From the NCBI GenBank assembly GCA_964016885.1, contig OZ024742.1, positions 340,876,001 through 340,940,000 on the forward strand: a stretch of 64,000 bases of DNA. Reading direction: 5' to 3'. Shown one piece after another: positions 15,501 to 30,216 of this stretch. The position numbers were made by a program, and so were the translations under genes. Positions within the stretch are counted from its first letter, which is position 1. The number at the start of each line of letters is the position of its first letter. Origin of the DNA: Eledone cirrhosa. Taxonomy: Eukaryota. The notes beneath the pieces were generated by a model, which was not told the origin of the DNA, made no database searches, and saw nothing but the letters and a program-made list of their open reading frames with translations.

Positions 15501-16350
15501 TCATCCCCTATTTCGTCAATAACACATAATATTTCATTATTTGTTTTTTTATTAAATATTGTTGTTTTAAAACGTTCAGCAAGAGAAATGTTTATATATG
15601 AATTAATTTCTCTCTGGAAGATTTCGTTGAGGGAAATTTTCAATTGTTATACTTTTGATTATTATCATTATCGTGAGTATTTTCCACAATAGTCGAGGTA
15701 GATTCGGATGGTACACGTGGTGTCAAATTTCTTCGATTATTATTATTATCGATAGTGTTTTCCCCGGCATTCGAGGTAGACTTAGAAGGTACACGTGGTG
15801 TCAAATTTCTTACAGGCATAGTTGTTTCAAGGCACTGTTCGACCTGGGTGCTAGGAAGTCGCTTGTTGGCGTAATTGTTTCGCTGTGAAGTGATTTAGCT
15901 CTGGGTGCATTTCGTCCCAGTGTAGCTTCATTCTGTTCATATAGCCAACGGAGGGATTGTCTTTTGCCATTTTATAACAATTAAATAAATCATCATTAAG
16001 TTCGCAACTCCAAGAGAAATGCGATTTATAATTTCGGTTTCTTCTGTAGCTACAACTGAATAAATTTTGTTTACCTTTTTCGTTTTTCTTCGGTATTCCA
16101 CTGTTGTTGTTGTTGATGTTGTGTTCAGCCATGCTGTTTGTAGCAAATCCTTGTAAAATGGATTATGTATTTAGTCGGATATCTCTACGAATTCGAATAA
16201 AAGGTGTCTTCAGTGGATATAGTTAGAAGAATAACTAGTTATTCAACATGACTGGTAGTTGTGGCATTACTGTCGGAGATAGTATTCATCTGAAATTTAA
16301 TGAATAGTCTCCCACACCAAAATATGCGACTGATTGCGTTGCCTGACTAT
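12600..16350 (-). mobile_element. Near-full-length degraded R4/Dong-like non-LTR retrotransposon (single broken ORF ~16132-12686)
   Basis: N-terminal W..ELN..LF.CY...GYM.RM...W motif. RT motifs TPGRD, WLDYRKAFDSVPHSW, GIFQGDSLP and HNFFVDD (~14130), then LYLKRKQGGR, a CCHC region and RPDIMIWD..EK RLE motifs. Many frameshifts and stops. Confidence 0.88.
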
Positions 16351-16510
16351 ATGTATGTATGTATGTAGAAAGGTTTGAGTTACGAAACATTGAGAAATTC
16401 TGAAATTCGAAATGTGTGCCTCCCAACACAAATGAGAATGATAATAGAGTTATTACTTTGGGACACCTTTGCTCGATTTACTTTCAAACCATTTCTCATA
16501 TTTATATATA

Positions 16511-16741
16511 ATTGGTCGTTTTGGAAGCCTCAACAATGCAGATGGGTAAATCTCCGAGTAACAGATTCAGGTGATAATGAGAGAGATATAAGAGGAAATT
16601 ATTTTTACACTCTTTCCTACGTTCCTCTCCGTCCTATACGTCTCATTCTACATTTCCTCTTACATCTCTCTCATTAGCACCTGATTCTGTTACCCGGAGA
16701 TTTACCCATCTGCATTGTTGAGGTTTCCAAAACGATCAATT
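16511..16741. repeat. ~90-bp inverted repeat with ~50-bp spacer
   Basis: 16511-16599 vs 16652-16741 are reverse complements with several mismatches. Confidence 0.85.
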
Positions 16742-16782
16742 TTATTATTCCACAATGCTCCTAGCAAACTTCAACAATATCT

Positions 16783-18522
<1,740 letters not shown>

Positions 18523-18643
18523 AGGTGAGTTTTATTGTAGTACAATAAAGCAATGCAGATATCGGATAAGAAGCACTCTACAGTTTGTAGGACTGTAGTA
18601 TACATAATATATAAGATCAAAAGATGGTTAAAGGAGTTCCATG

Positions 18644-18714
18644 TATTTTATTATGCGCATTTCAAAAACAAACATCATCATGCAATAATATTTGTGTTTT
18701 CATCAGATAAAACA
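18644..18714 (-). ncRNA. Minimal type I hammerhead motif in a ~260-bp element (18520-18781)
   Basis: TGTTTTAT CTGATGA AAAC..(hairpin)..GTTTTT GAAA TGCGCA TA ATAAAATA; palindromic stem III ATGCGCAT. Confidence 0.8.
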
Positions 18715-18790
18715 GGAGGACATGATATGAAGGCTAAAAAACACTTGTGGATAGTGCAGTTTTAAATCAACATATGTTGATATTATATAT

Positions 18791-18859
<69 letters not shown>

Positions 18860-19041
18860 GGTAACCAGAAATAACAACACAATCGGTACAGTATATGGAA
18901 TGAATATAGGTTAACTCTTGAAATAGCTGGATTTTCAAATTGGATTTTCACCCTGAAACTGGATATATACCGAGAGTTTACCTGAACTTCCACCAGAAAA
19001 TCTTTTCGTATCACTGAAATGTTCTTTGCTTCTCTCACACA

Positions 19042-19108
<67 letters not shown>

Positions 19109-20401
19109 TCGCACGCACGCACGCATGCATGTACGCACATATATCTATATATCTGTGTGTGTGTTGAAAAATAAACCTCATCTGGTCATTCCATGAGAGT
19201 AAGTTGGTCATAGGCTGACTATGAAAGAGTGATGCTAGAGCTGTGAAATTGTGCATGAATTGATTTCAACGCTTCTTATTAATAATTGTATTTTTTCTTT
19301 CCATAATTGTAATTAATAACTGTGATTTTTTTTAACCATAAAAGCTGTTTTAATAAGTTTAGCTATGTTCTAAACACCAACTTAATTCAGTAAAAGTTAG
19401 TTATTTTACTAACTACTGTTAATTCTTCGAAAATTAATTAAAATATATTACCAATGTATTTACTTATAAATATGTTAAGTGAAAGATTAAAACGAATTTT
19501 TTAATTCCGTGCTCATCAATTCATGAAACATACTTTACAAAATATTGTCCATTAACTAATTGACTTTAGTATTGTCAATTAGAAGCTATTTATTTTAATG
19601 CAGTTAGTGTTACCGTATTTAATTAAAAGCACATCAAAAGGCTTAGCTTTCTCTCAGAAAGTTACTCGACTCTTTAACTATATAATACCATACTATCATT
19701 GTCTGCTTTTGATGCTACAGTATACTAAGACACAAACTTACAGATTTAAGTCGACACTGCATGCTTTAACTAATTAACACTGATTAGAAATATTGAATAT
19801 TGATATATTTAACCGTATTAACTGCCACGAAAGTGTTAAATATTCAAATGGATGAACGGGATTTAATAAGGTGCAGAATTGACAGAGTCCTTAGCATGTT
19901 CGATAGAATACTTTAGAGTGCTCGTTTCGGCTCTTAGTGTTCTGAATTCAAATACGACCGATGTTAACTTTGCTCTTCCTCCTTTAGACATCGATGGATG
20001 ACGAACTCACGGGTCCCAAATAATAGGGTGGTGGAGAATAAGCGAGGGGGTTGAGAAATTGGTAATTTTACTGTTGTCGTTGTTGATTTTAAAAAAAAAA
20101 CAGAATTAGTCGTTTAGTTTACATATTCAGACCCCCAACCCATCCTATTTATCTTATAACATATGGAATTTCTAGTAATGTACATTTTTTTGTCTTGTAT
20201 AAGGGTTTTTAATGTATAAAGAAAATTAATTGTCGCAGGAATGCTACCACTTAAAATAAAATTTAGCCGAGGATAGATTAACAAAATGTAATAAGCGGTG
20301 TGGGGTGGGGGTCATTATTAAAGCCCCGAGAGTTATTGGGGTCCATTCTACTCCTTTTCACTCTCTCTCTCCTCCTCTCAATTTCTTTCTCTCTCCCCCC
20401 C

Positions 20402-20433
<32 letters not shown>

Positions 20434-21479
20434 CCTAGAAGAAATTAATTGTGTTGAGAATTGCTCAAAACATGCCTCGTATCAGAACGCCGCCTCTACG
20501 ACCCCATCACGATTTGAGGGTTCAAACAAAAGGTGACGCGCTTTAAATAAACACTTAATAACAGTGATGTTAAATTAAGTTTCATAGTTGTCGGTTAAGA
20601 TTAGACTAAACAGTTGTTAGTGAAAATCTAATGTCCTTTGGATCCCTCTATTTTCTGTTCATGGTATGGGTAGTTAAACAAAGTATTCTGTCGTTTTGAC
20701 CGTACAATATACCTACATTGTCTGCCGCGGAAATACTTTTACCATTTTGTCCATGAGGTGCAGCCGAAACACCGCCTATGTGTAGAGTCTATCACCTCCT
20801 CCCTCCCCCTTTCTTTCTTTGCCTAGTAGCCCTTGCTTTTCCCCTTTTTTCTTTTCATTTATGGCATTTATACTCATTTCCAATACTGTTTTCTTTTTTT
20901 GTATATTTAATCAAATAAAAATTTCATTTTCTCATTAATCTACTTAATTTCAGTTCGTTTATGTTAAAATCAATGTTTGTCCTATGCTATTCTGTAGCAC
21001 CATTACTTGTTATTCCATAATTACTAGGATTTTTTCACTGATGCGTATGTGTATATGTATGTACGTGTGTGTATGTGTATATGTATGTCCGTGTGTGTAT
21101 GTGCATGTGCATATGTTTATATGTATGAGTATATAAATATAAACGCGCAAACACAGACATACTTACAAAAATACATTCACACAAACACACATACATTCAC
21201 ACAAATACACACATACACTCACATACAGCGTAACAAATAGAACGCCAGCCGCTGTTTGCTATAGTTTCTTACCATCTCCTTCCTTTTACACACACATACA
21301 TTCACACACACACATACATACACACACACACACACACACATTATGTGACGGACGGAGGGAAGTCGCTCAAATTTATATATAGATGAATACGGAGCTGTTG
21401 TTTAGACCCACTTCAGTCTTGATCAAGTAAATCTATGATCAAATACGTTCTAGCCATGACCATACCATATCACTATATT

Positions 21480-22440
21480 CATGCATTACTAGTGGTCTTT
21501 TTGGGAGAAAACAAAAGAACTGCTGGCTCATGTGATCCCCATTGTATACTATACAGCCAGCCACATCGTTGTGAATAAATGTCAGGCGATGGAGAGATGG
21601 TGCAAAGTAGGTTATAACGGATCTCCATTTGTTGATTCACGTCACCTGTTGGTGTTGAATGAGCTGTGGATGAGCCTGGTATGTAGATGCAATGGCTAAC
21701 TAGCGACATCAGACAGCATCGCTGTATCTGATGTCGCAAGGTGATTAATGTAAGCATTCTTTGCTATACGTGTAGAAGCTGGATCGAGAGTCCCACCTCT
21801 ACATAAACATGAATCAGTTGGAGTTAAAATATTCTCTGGGATATCACATGACTTGAAATTACTCAATGGCAAGACATGTTCTGTCAGTCTTCCTGTAAAT
21901 GGATACAGTGGGTTGCTGTAATATGTGCAGCTTCTCAGAGAGGCATGGTTGGCAGTTTTGAATTCTAGAAATGTCAGGAGAAACCCTTCAAAGAAGTTTC
22001 GTGTGATCGTAATGATATTGGTCCTTGGGTCCTGGAGTCTCCAGACTAAACAAAAGAGAGGGGATAATCCCTGCTCATGACCTGGGAGTTTATTTGCTGA
22101 GTGAATCTACCTACGAAATCTTTGGATGTTTGCCCATGTAGTTCTTAGGGACACCATCAATGTTATAGCTCCATATACTACAGCTTTTGGAGGTAGAATT
22201 CCTCCAGGGAACATTTGGCAGGGTTTCAACAATTGAAAGCTAGTGTGTGCTTTTTTCTTCTGTAGCATCCCGCAATCTTGGAAGCGATATTATCTAAGGA
22301 GGAGTAGCTAACTCCAACGTTATGAGATCTAAAGAGTTTAAAGTAATCGTGGTTGTTTGGAAAGTGCCATCAGCTTACGGACAAATGTTTCTAGTTATAT
22401 TTGTGGAGACGGCTGGTTTCCCACAGGGTCAGCAGTCTCA
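21480..22440 (-). mobile_element. Possible ancient LINE (RTE-like) remnant
   Basis: Higher-complexity stretch with faint VYGAITL and EHVL resemblances to RTE C-terminal motifs; no intact ORF. Confidence 0.25.
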
Positions 22441-22704
22441 ATGACCCGACGTCACCTGCAATAAACTTGAACCAATCAATATTAACAATTTGTAAACCTA
22501 GTTTACGATCACATCTACCATCACTCATTCACAACACATCAGAATCGTTACACGTAATCAGTTACGACAAACGAAACCACTGTTAAGACACAAATATGTC
22601 AAACATAATACAAACATTGAACTTCCACATTCTGCATTGATTACTATTTTCCTTCGTATGTAGTCAGACACACACATAAACACACAGGGAAACACACACA
22701 CACA

Positions 22705-22819
<115 letters not shown>

Positions 22820-22829
22820 AAAACACCTG

Positions 22830-24115
22830 TTACTTACGGTACAAGAACTAAAGGACACACTCATAGGCAGGGACTACCCTGCATCACTAATTGACAATGG
22901 AATCCAACGTGCCCTAAAACTCAGTACCCAGGACCTTAGACACCCTAAAGTAAATCAACCGAAACTAAAAGCTCTTCCATACATCTCCACACACAACCCC
23001 CTCAACAATGAGGCCTTTGACACCATCCTCCAGAACATCCCTGTGTTAAAAAAGGACCATCGAATGAACCAAATCCTACGAACACACGATATCATAAAGA
23101 GCAAAAGACAATCTCAGTCAATGAAAAACATCCTAACACATGCCAAATTACTGCCAACCACAACAACGAAACCCACAGTAAAAAAATGCGATAGACCCAA
23201 CTGTGGCATATGCATCAACCTAATAGAGGGTTCGGAATTCTATTTCAAAGAAGGACAACGTTTTATAGTAAAACACAATTTCACATGCGCATCAGAAAAT
23301 CTAATATATGTATTAACTTGCTCAGGTTGTCGAGAACAATACATAGGCCAGACCAAAAGCAGCCTCCGCCAACGCATGACTGTCCATAGATCCCAAATTA
23401 AAATACGGGAATAGAGGAAAATACCACTGAGTGAACACATTGATACCTGTGCCGCCCAAAATCATCCCAACTTCAGAATCTTTCCCCTCTACAAATTTAA
23501 AGATGATGCAACCCACATCCAGCGCATCAGCAAGGAATCTCACTTTATTAACAAATACGGACCCAGTCTAAACACTTCTCGCTAAGACGAACCCACAACA
23601 TACACACGTCAACATACATACCTACATCAGCATACATTCTACATACATCTCTATCCACATATAAACACAATGACATACGTAGACACACATGTTCTATGGT
23701 GCAACACAAAAATACACAAATTTGCATACCTTTTGATGTCTATAGATATAAACGTGCCGACACACACACATACATATACGCACACATGCATTGCACACTG
23801 ATGGGCACATACATATTTGTACACAAGTATTCCAATACGGCAAGGCAGTACGTACAATCTGGACACTCACACACACCTTGGTGTTATGCCAATACTATAT
23901 ATCACTTCACACCTTTTATTATTAAGGTTTTTGATGTTCTATTGAGAGAATCGTTTTTACTGAAAATATCGAACAATGTACACCATTTTTACCAGTATCA
24001 CAAACATACTGGTCCACCCACACACACACATACACACATACACACACATACACATACACACACATACACATATACACACACACACATACACACGCGTACA
24101 CTAACATACAAAGAG

Positions 24116-24193
<78 letters not shown>

Positions 24194-24305
24194 CTCCGTA
24201 TGAGATAAGAGCTGAAAAATATCTTTTAACATGTTAAAATATCCCCCACACACGTACAGACACATTCCTACTGACCGATCCCTCTACCACGAATTACTCT
24301 GCTAC

Positions 24306-24370
<65 letters not shown>

Positions 24371-24892
24371 TCTTAATAGGCATCTGAACTGTTGACCTGT
24401 CAACAAACTGCAATTCACACACACATCCCTACTGACCATTATCACAACAATCAACCTCTTTACTAGTACTACACACACACACATATTTGTCTTGAAAGAC
24501 TTATTTTTCAGTGACTTCTCAATCAGCCGAGACAAACCTACATTTGGCGCAAAATCAATTTTTAACATTCACATGACCACTACCGACCAATCAAAATTGT
24601 TTTGACCACAAGATTTTTGCAACACAAATTGGCGCGAAACTTATTTTAATACATCTGGAGCCACTTTTTTCACATAAAAAGGTAGAATTTCCCAAACTAA
24701 TCAGATTAGAGCAAACATCACGGGCGCTCTATCTCATATTTATTTTTGAAAAGCATTAGAAATGCGCAACCGGTAAAAACTTAAAACCAAAACTGAATAC
24801 TAACTAATACTATTACTAATTTTTACTTATTCCTAATTAAACTATTTTTCACTGGGAAGAATTTGTCAGCATTTTCTTTTCCTTTTACCAAT
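22830..24892 (+). mobile_element. 5'-truncated Penelope-like element (Neptune-like), coding remnant ~22842-23585 plus 3' region
   Basis: LIGRDYPASLI..LPYISTHNP..KCDRPNCGIC..FTCASENLIYVLTCSGCREQYIGQT..RMTVHR; one in-frame TAG at 23412; ends ...GPSLNTSR-TAA. The 3' tip (24840-24892) matches the reverse complement of 26595-26650 and abuts (TA)n. Confidence 0.85.
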
Positions 24893-25057
24893 ATATATAT
24901 ATATATATTTCGTTTCTGAATTTGTTTAGCAAGATTCTTTATCTGAAATCGTGTGTTGAAACCGATATTGTTATACTTTGGGAGGGTCATGTTGCCAATA
25001 AGAAAATGGCGTAGGATAGAAGAAAGGAAAGGCACAGAAACGAAGAAAGAAATCCCC

Positions 25058-25102
25058 AGTCACTGAAGAGGTCACAGAGTGTGTGACGAAAGAACTATGA
25101 CT
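25058..25102 (+). ncRNA. Minimal type I hammerhead motif in a short Naiad-tail element (~24905-25260)
   Basis: AGTCA CTGAAGA G GTCAC agagtgt GTGAC GAAA GAAC TA TGACT. The element carries an inverted tail (24964-25005 vs 25221-25260) related to the 16.8-kb element tail. Confidence 0.7.
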
Positions 25103-25263
25103 ATATATATATAAACAACTATCTGGTTGTGGAACCAACCAACCAACCAGAAATTTATAAACTTGTAAATTTATAAATATTTAATAAATTAAATTGAAGT
25201 GAAAGCAACTGGTGCGTGTGTTTCTTATTGGCAACATGACCCTCCCAAAGTATAACAATATAT

Positions 25264-25371
<108 letters not shown>

Positions 25372-25412
25372 TAAATAAAAATTCAAATGATTAAAATTTA
25401 GCTTCGTTTATT

Positions 25413-25467
25413 ACTGCTATATATATTTCAGTGACAGCCATCTTTGGCTGTGACCTCTTCAGGCAGT
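25413..25467 (-). ncRNA. Type I hammerhead motif, left inverted arm
   Basis: ACTGC CTGAAGA GGTCACAGCCA aaga TGGCTGTCACT GAAA TATATA TA GCAGT. Confidence 0.8.
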
Positions 25468-26297
25468 TTGAATTCGTATGGTATAGACAAGTTGATATTA
25501 TTATGACCTTGAGATTGGTTATAGCACACACACACTTTATCCTACATTATTTTTCACTTCTCCATATTCATTTTCATTACTTTTTCACCAATTTTTCATT
25601 TATTCTTTATTCTTTATTCTTTATTCTTTATTCTCTATTTATTTATTTATTTTCAAATTATACAAATTATATTAATTATTTTATTATATTATTTATTTAT
25701 TTTCTGTTTTCTTCATTTATTGCCTTATATTTCTCCATATACATGGAAGAACGCCCCCCCCACTACCACCACCACCACTATGAGAGATGGTGGCAGGAGG
25801 GATGAAGAAAAAACACACACTGGATACTTCTAAATTGTTAGCAGCAGCAAGATATAAGCTGACCACAACACCAACAACACTACCAAAATAATGGTAGAGG
25901 TCAAATGTACTTAACAATAGCAAACAAAAACACTACAGGGAGCCTCACCCCAGAAAGAATTCTATAGACTTCTGACTGAGGAATGCTCTCAGAACTGACC
26001 AATGGGAAGTTTGACACTTTTTTTGTTATTTTGTTCCTTTAACACCTTGTCCCTTCTACCATTTAATCAATTTTTTAAGCTGACTCCAACAATAACAACA
26101 CTTAGAATGAGGAATGTTCTAATAACTGACCAATGAGAGGAGAAGAGGACCTTTGACACTGAATTCGTTTGTTTGAATTCATATGATTCCAGTTCCTCAG
26201 TGAAATAACAACCCAACCAGGAACTGGGCATATCAGAGTATTGACAATATTATACACCTCAACAACATATGTACTTGTCTATACCATACTAATTCAA

Positions 26298-26352
26298 ACT
26301 GCCTGAGGAGGTCACAACCAAAGATGGCTGTCACTGAAATATATATAGCAGT
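26298..26352 (+). ncRNA. Type I hammerhead motif, right inverted arm
   Basis: ACTGC CTGAGGA GGTCACAACCA aaga TGGCTGTCACT GAAA TATATA TA GCAGT, followed directly by AATAAA. Confidence 0.8.
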
Positions 26353-26495
26353 AATAAACGAAGCTAAATTTTAATCATTTGACTTTTTATTTAACTTTAT
26401 TTTACACTACTCCGGAGTAACCAAACCAACCTGCGCACTTCGTCGAATGCTCCAGCCTGCATACTGAGGTGTTGGTATACAACCAACATAAACTG

Positions 26496-26562
<67 letters not shown>

Positions 26563-26732
26563 AAAGAATAGAGGTGTAACACACGAGTTATGATATATTG
26601 GTAAAAGGAAAAGAAAATGGTAACAAATTGTTCCCAGTGAAAAATAGTTGAGATAAGCGGAACAAGAAAAATTCAAACAATCTTTCAAAATAAATTCAAA
26701 AAATATAATTTAAATATTTACCTATCCATATC

Positions 26733-26811
26733 GCTTTTACCGACGGTTTCGCCTCACAAAAGATTGGAAATCCAAGGGACTTCCAATGGAAAGTTCGGCT
26801 CGTCAGAAAGC
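26733..26811 (-). ncRNA. Type I hammerhead motif with extended stem II
   Basis: GCTTT CTGACGA GCC..ATTGGAAGTCC ctt GGATTTCCAAT..GGC GAAA CCGTCGG TA AAAGC; upstream of a Neptune-like 3' tip (26595-26650). Confidence 0.8.
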
Positions 26812-27156
26812 ATTTTCCCTTACATAGGACATAAAGTCCCACAGCCGGCAAATATATTACTTTCAGCCAGCTAGTTCAGGATCGAATGGGGTCGTAAACG
26901 TGACCTACACATGAACTGGTCGTTAGTAGAAGCGGGAGTAGCATAGACATGTAGTCTGCCACACTAATAAAAATAGCAGCTAGGTATACAACGGATTTTT
27001 TCTCTACATATGGGAGGACATACATAAAATGAGATCAATATCCCCACAAGTGTTGTTGATCAATGGTATGTCGAATTAATACCATTGAACAACAACAGTA
27101 TCATAGACACCCTATATATTTCCGAGGGTACTTAATACTTGTGGGGATATTGATCT

Positions 27157-27220
<64 letters not shown>

Positions 27221-27300
27221 GTAGCAGGAGCAACGTGAAATAAAGTGTCTTGCTCAAAGACATAACGCATCGCCTGGTCCAGGAATCGAACTCACAATAT

Positions 27301-27344
<44 letters not shown>

Positions 27345-27664
27345 AAGGCGTGTGGCTGAGTGGTTAGAGAATTGGATTCGCAATCGTAAGGTTGTGAGTT
27401 CGATTCCTGGACCAGGCGATGCGTTATGTCCTTGAGCAAGACACTTTATTTCACGTTGCTCCTTCTACCTGGAGAGCGACCGATAGATAGTATTAGCAAT
27501 TGGAAAGACCAACGGAAACATTGTTCCCTCGGTCCGATTTGACGAAAGTCGATCGTTCCTATATATATGTATATATATAAAGAGAGAGAGAGAAAGAGAG
27601 AGAGAAAGAGAGCGAGGAAAAGAGATGTATGTATATACATTATACACACACACACACACACAGA

Positions 27665-27704
<40 letters not shown>

Positions 27705-27994
27705 TATGTGTGTGCGTGAATGTGTGTCTATATAGGTATAGCTGTCGAAACAGACGGATCTCAGCGGTCGGGGTCCTATATACTCATATGGTTCGTTGAT
27801 TATTCAACGAATACAATTTTACAATAGATTAGAAGCACTCGACAGTAGTTTTTCCTGGAGTATTTAATATTATTCAAAATATTAATAAATGATTTATTTC
27901 ACCAACTCTCAACGTTGAGAGTTGGTGAAATAAATCATTGCCACTATTGGAATTGAATAATCAAAACCGTAGCGGTATGACGCATATCAAATCT

Positions 27995-28061
27995 TATATT
28001 TTGTCTGATGAAAACGTACTTAAACACCATTGTACCTTTGAAATATGTATAATAAAATATA
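27995..28061 (+). ncRNA. Minimal type I hammerhead motif in a fold-back element (~27866-28110)
   Basis: TATATTTTGT CTGATGA AAACGTAC..GTACCTTT GAAA TATGTA TA ATAAAATATA; 10-bp stem I. Confidence 0.78.
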
Positions 28062-29698
28062 TATTTTGATTATGAGAATATTTTTCATTTATTAATATTT
28101 TGAATAATATATATATATATATTTCTTATTGGCAACATGACGCTCCCAAAGCATAAAAATATCGGTTTCAACACACGTTTTCAGATAACGAATCTTGCTA
28201 AACAAATTCAGAAACGATATATATATATATATATATATATATGCAGGCAGAACGTTCAGAGTGTATACAATAAGAACAAAGTGGAGATGTTACGTAGGAG
28301 ATTTATATTGCCAATCCTGATTACAAATGTTTTTCAAGCAGCTTGCTGGCTCGTGTTGCCGGTAGTAGTAGCAGCAGCAACAGCAGTAGTAGTAGCAGCA
28401 GAAGTAGTAGTAGTAGTTGTAGTAGTAGTAGTAGTAGATTATATTATTCTTTAGCCCTAGTGTTGGCCTTGTAGCAGTATCGGTAAAGGGTCGGACGCCA
28501 TGCTTTGACGTATAGAGTTACGGCCCTTGCCATTCTGAGTTCAAATCCCGCCGAGGTTAACTTTGCCTTTCATCCTTACGGGGTCGATAAAATAAAGTAC
28601 CAGTAATACACTGGGATAATTGCTGGCCTTGTGCCAAAAGTAGATTATATTATTATTTAGCCTTAAGTCAGCTATGGTGGAGCAAACTTATGATGAAAGG
28701 CATTCAAAACATGACTATCCTGACTTTTTCAAAGATATTGTACACCAGATCACATTCAAGATATTAGGGGAAGTTTAACTGCTATTTTTAGCAGGTTAAA
28801 CAACCATGTTATACTACATATGTTGTTGTTGTTGTTGATATTAAAGCTCACCCCTATGCAGGTTTAGCAGGCCTCCTCCAAGGTATATCTCTTTGGAGGT
28901 GTCTTGGGTAATTTAATGATAGGGACCCCAGTCCCTATCATCTCACTTTTACAGCTGAGTAAACTGGAGCAACGTGAAATAAAGTGTCTTGCTCAAGGAA
29001 ACAACACATCACCCTGTCCGAGAATTGAACTCACAACCTTTTGATTGCAAGCCCAATGCTCTAACCACTAAGCCATGCGCCTTATACTACATATAATCTG
29101 TACTAAATCCCCTAGAAAGGTATGAACATTCTAAAATCTCATATTCCTCTCATTCATTACAATATAATAATGATTTCTACTATAGGCACAAGGCCAGCAA
29201 TTTGGGGGCATTGGAAAGTCGATTAAATCAACCCCCAGTGCATTACTGGTACTTTATTTATCGACGACGTAAGGATGTAAGGCAAAGCTAACTTTGGCCG
29301 GATTTGAACTAAGAACATTAAGAGTCGTATCTATGCCACAAAGCAAGTTATCCGACGCTCTACCAGTTCTGCTAATCCACTGTCCTTTCATTACGAAATA
29401 ATAATGGTAATTATTACTTTATTTATCGACGACGTAAAGATAAAGGCAAAGCTAACCTCAGCAGGATTCGAACACAGATCGCAAAGGGGCGTAACTCTAT
29501 GCCATTAAGCATGTTGTCCGACGCGCTACCGGTTCTGCCAATCCACTGTCCTTTCATTACAAAATAATAATGGTAATTCTTACTAACATAAGTGCATGTT
29601 TGGTTCTTCGACTGTATACCTTGGTAAAATGTCTTATTGGGTTGACCTGTAGCTTGTGCATGAACTTTGATTGACGGAAACTGCTTGAAATTATGTGG

Positions 29699-29742
<44 letters not shown>

Positions 29743-29753
29743 CATATACATGA

Positions 29754-29786
<33 letters not shown>

Positions 29787-29942
29787 CATGAATATATATA
29801 TATATATATACATATACATGCATATATATATATATATACATATACATGCATATATATATATATATACATACATATATATATATATATACATATACTAGTA
29901 TATATATACAAGTATACACATATATATATATACACATATACA

Positions 29943-29989
<47 letters not shown>

Positions 29990-29992
29990 ACA

Positions 29993-30043
<51 letters not shown>

Positions 30044-30046
30044 ACA

Positions 30047-30109
<63 letters not shown>

Positions 30110-30135
30110 GCATATATATACATTCATATACATGC

Positions 30136-30170
<35 letters not shown>

Positions 30171-30184
30171 TGAATGTATATATT

Positions 30185-30216
<32 letters not shown>

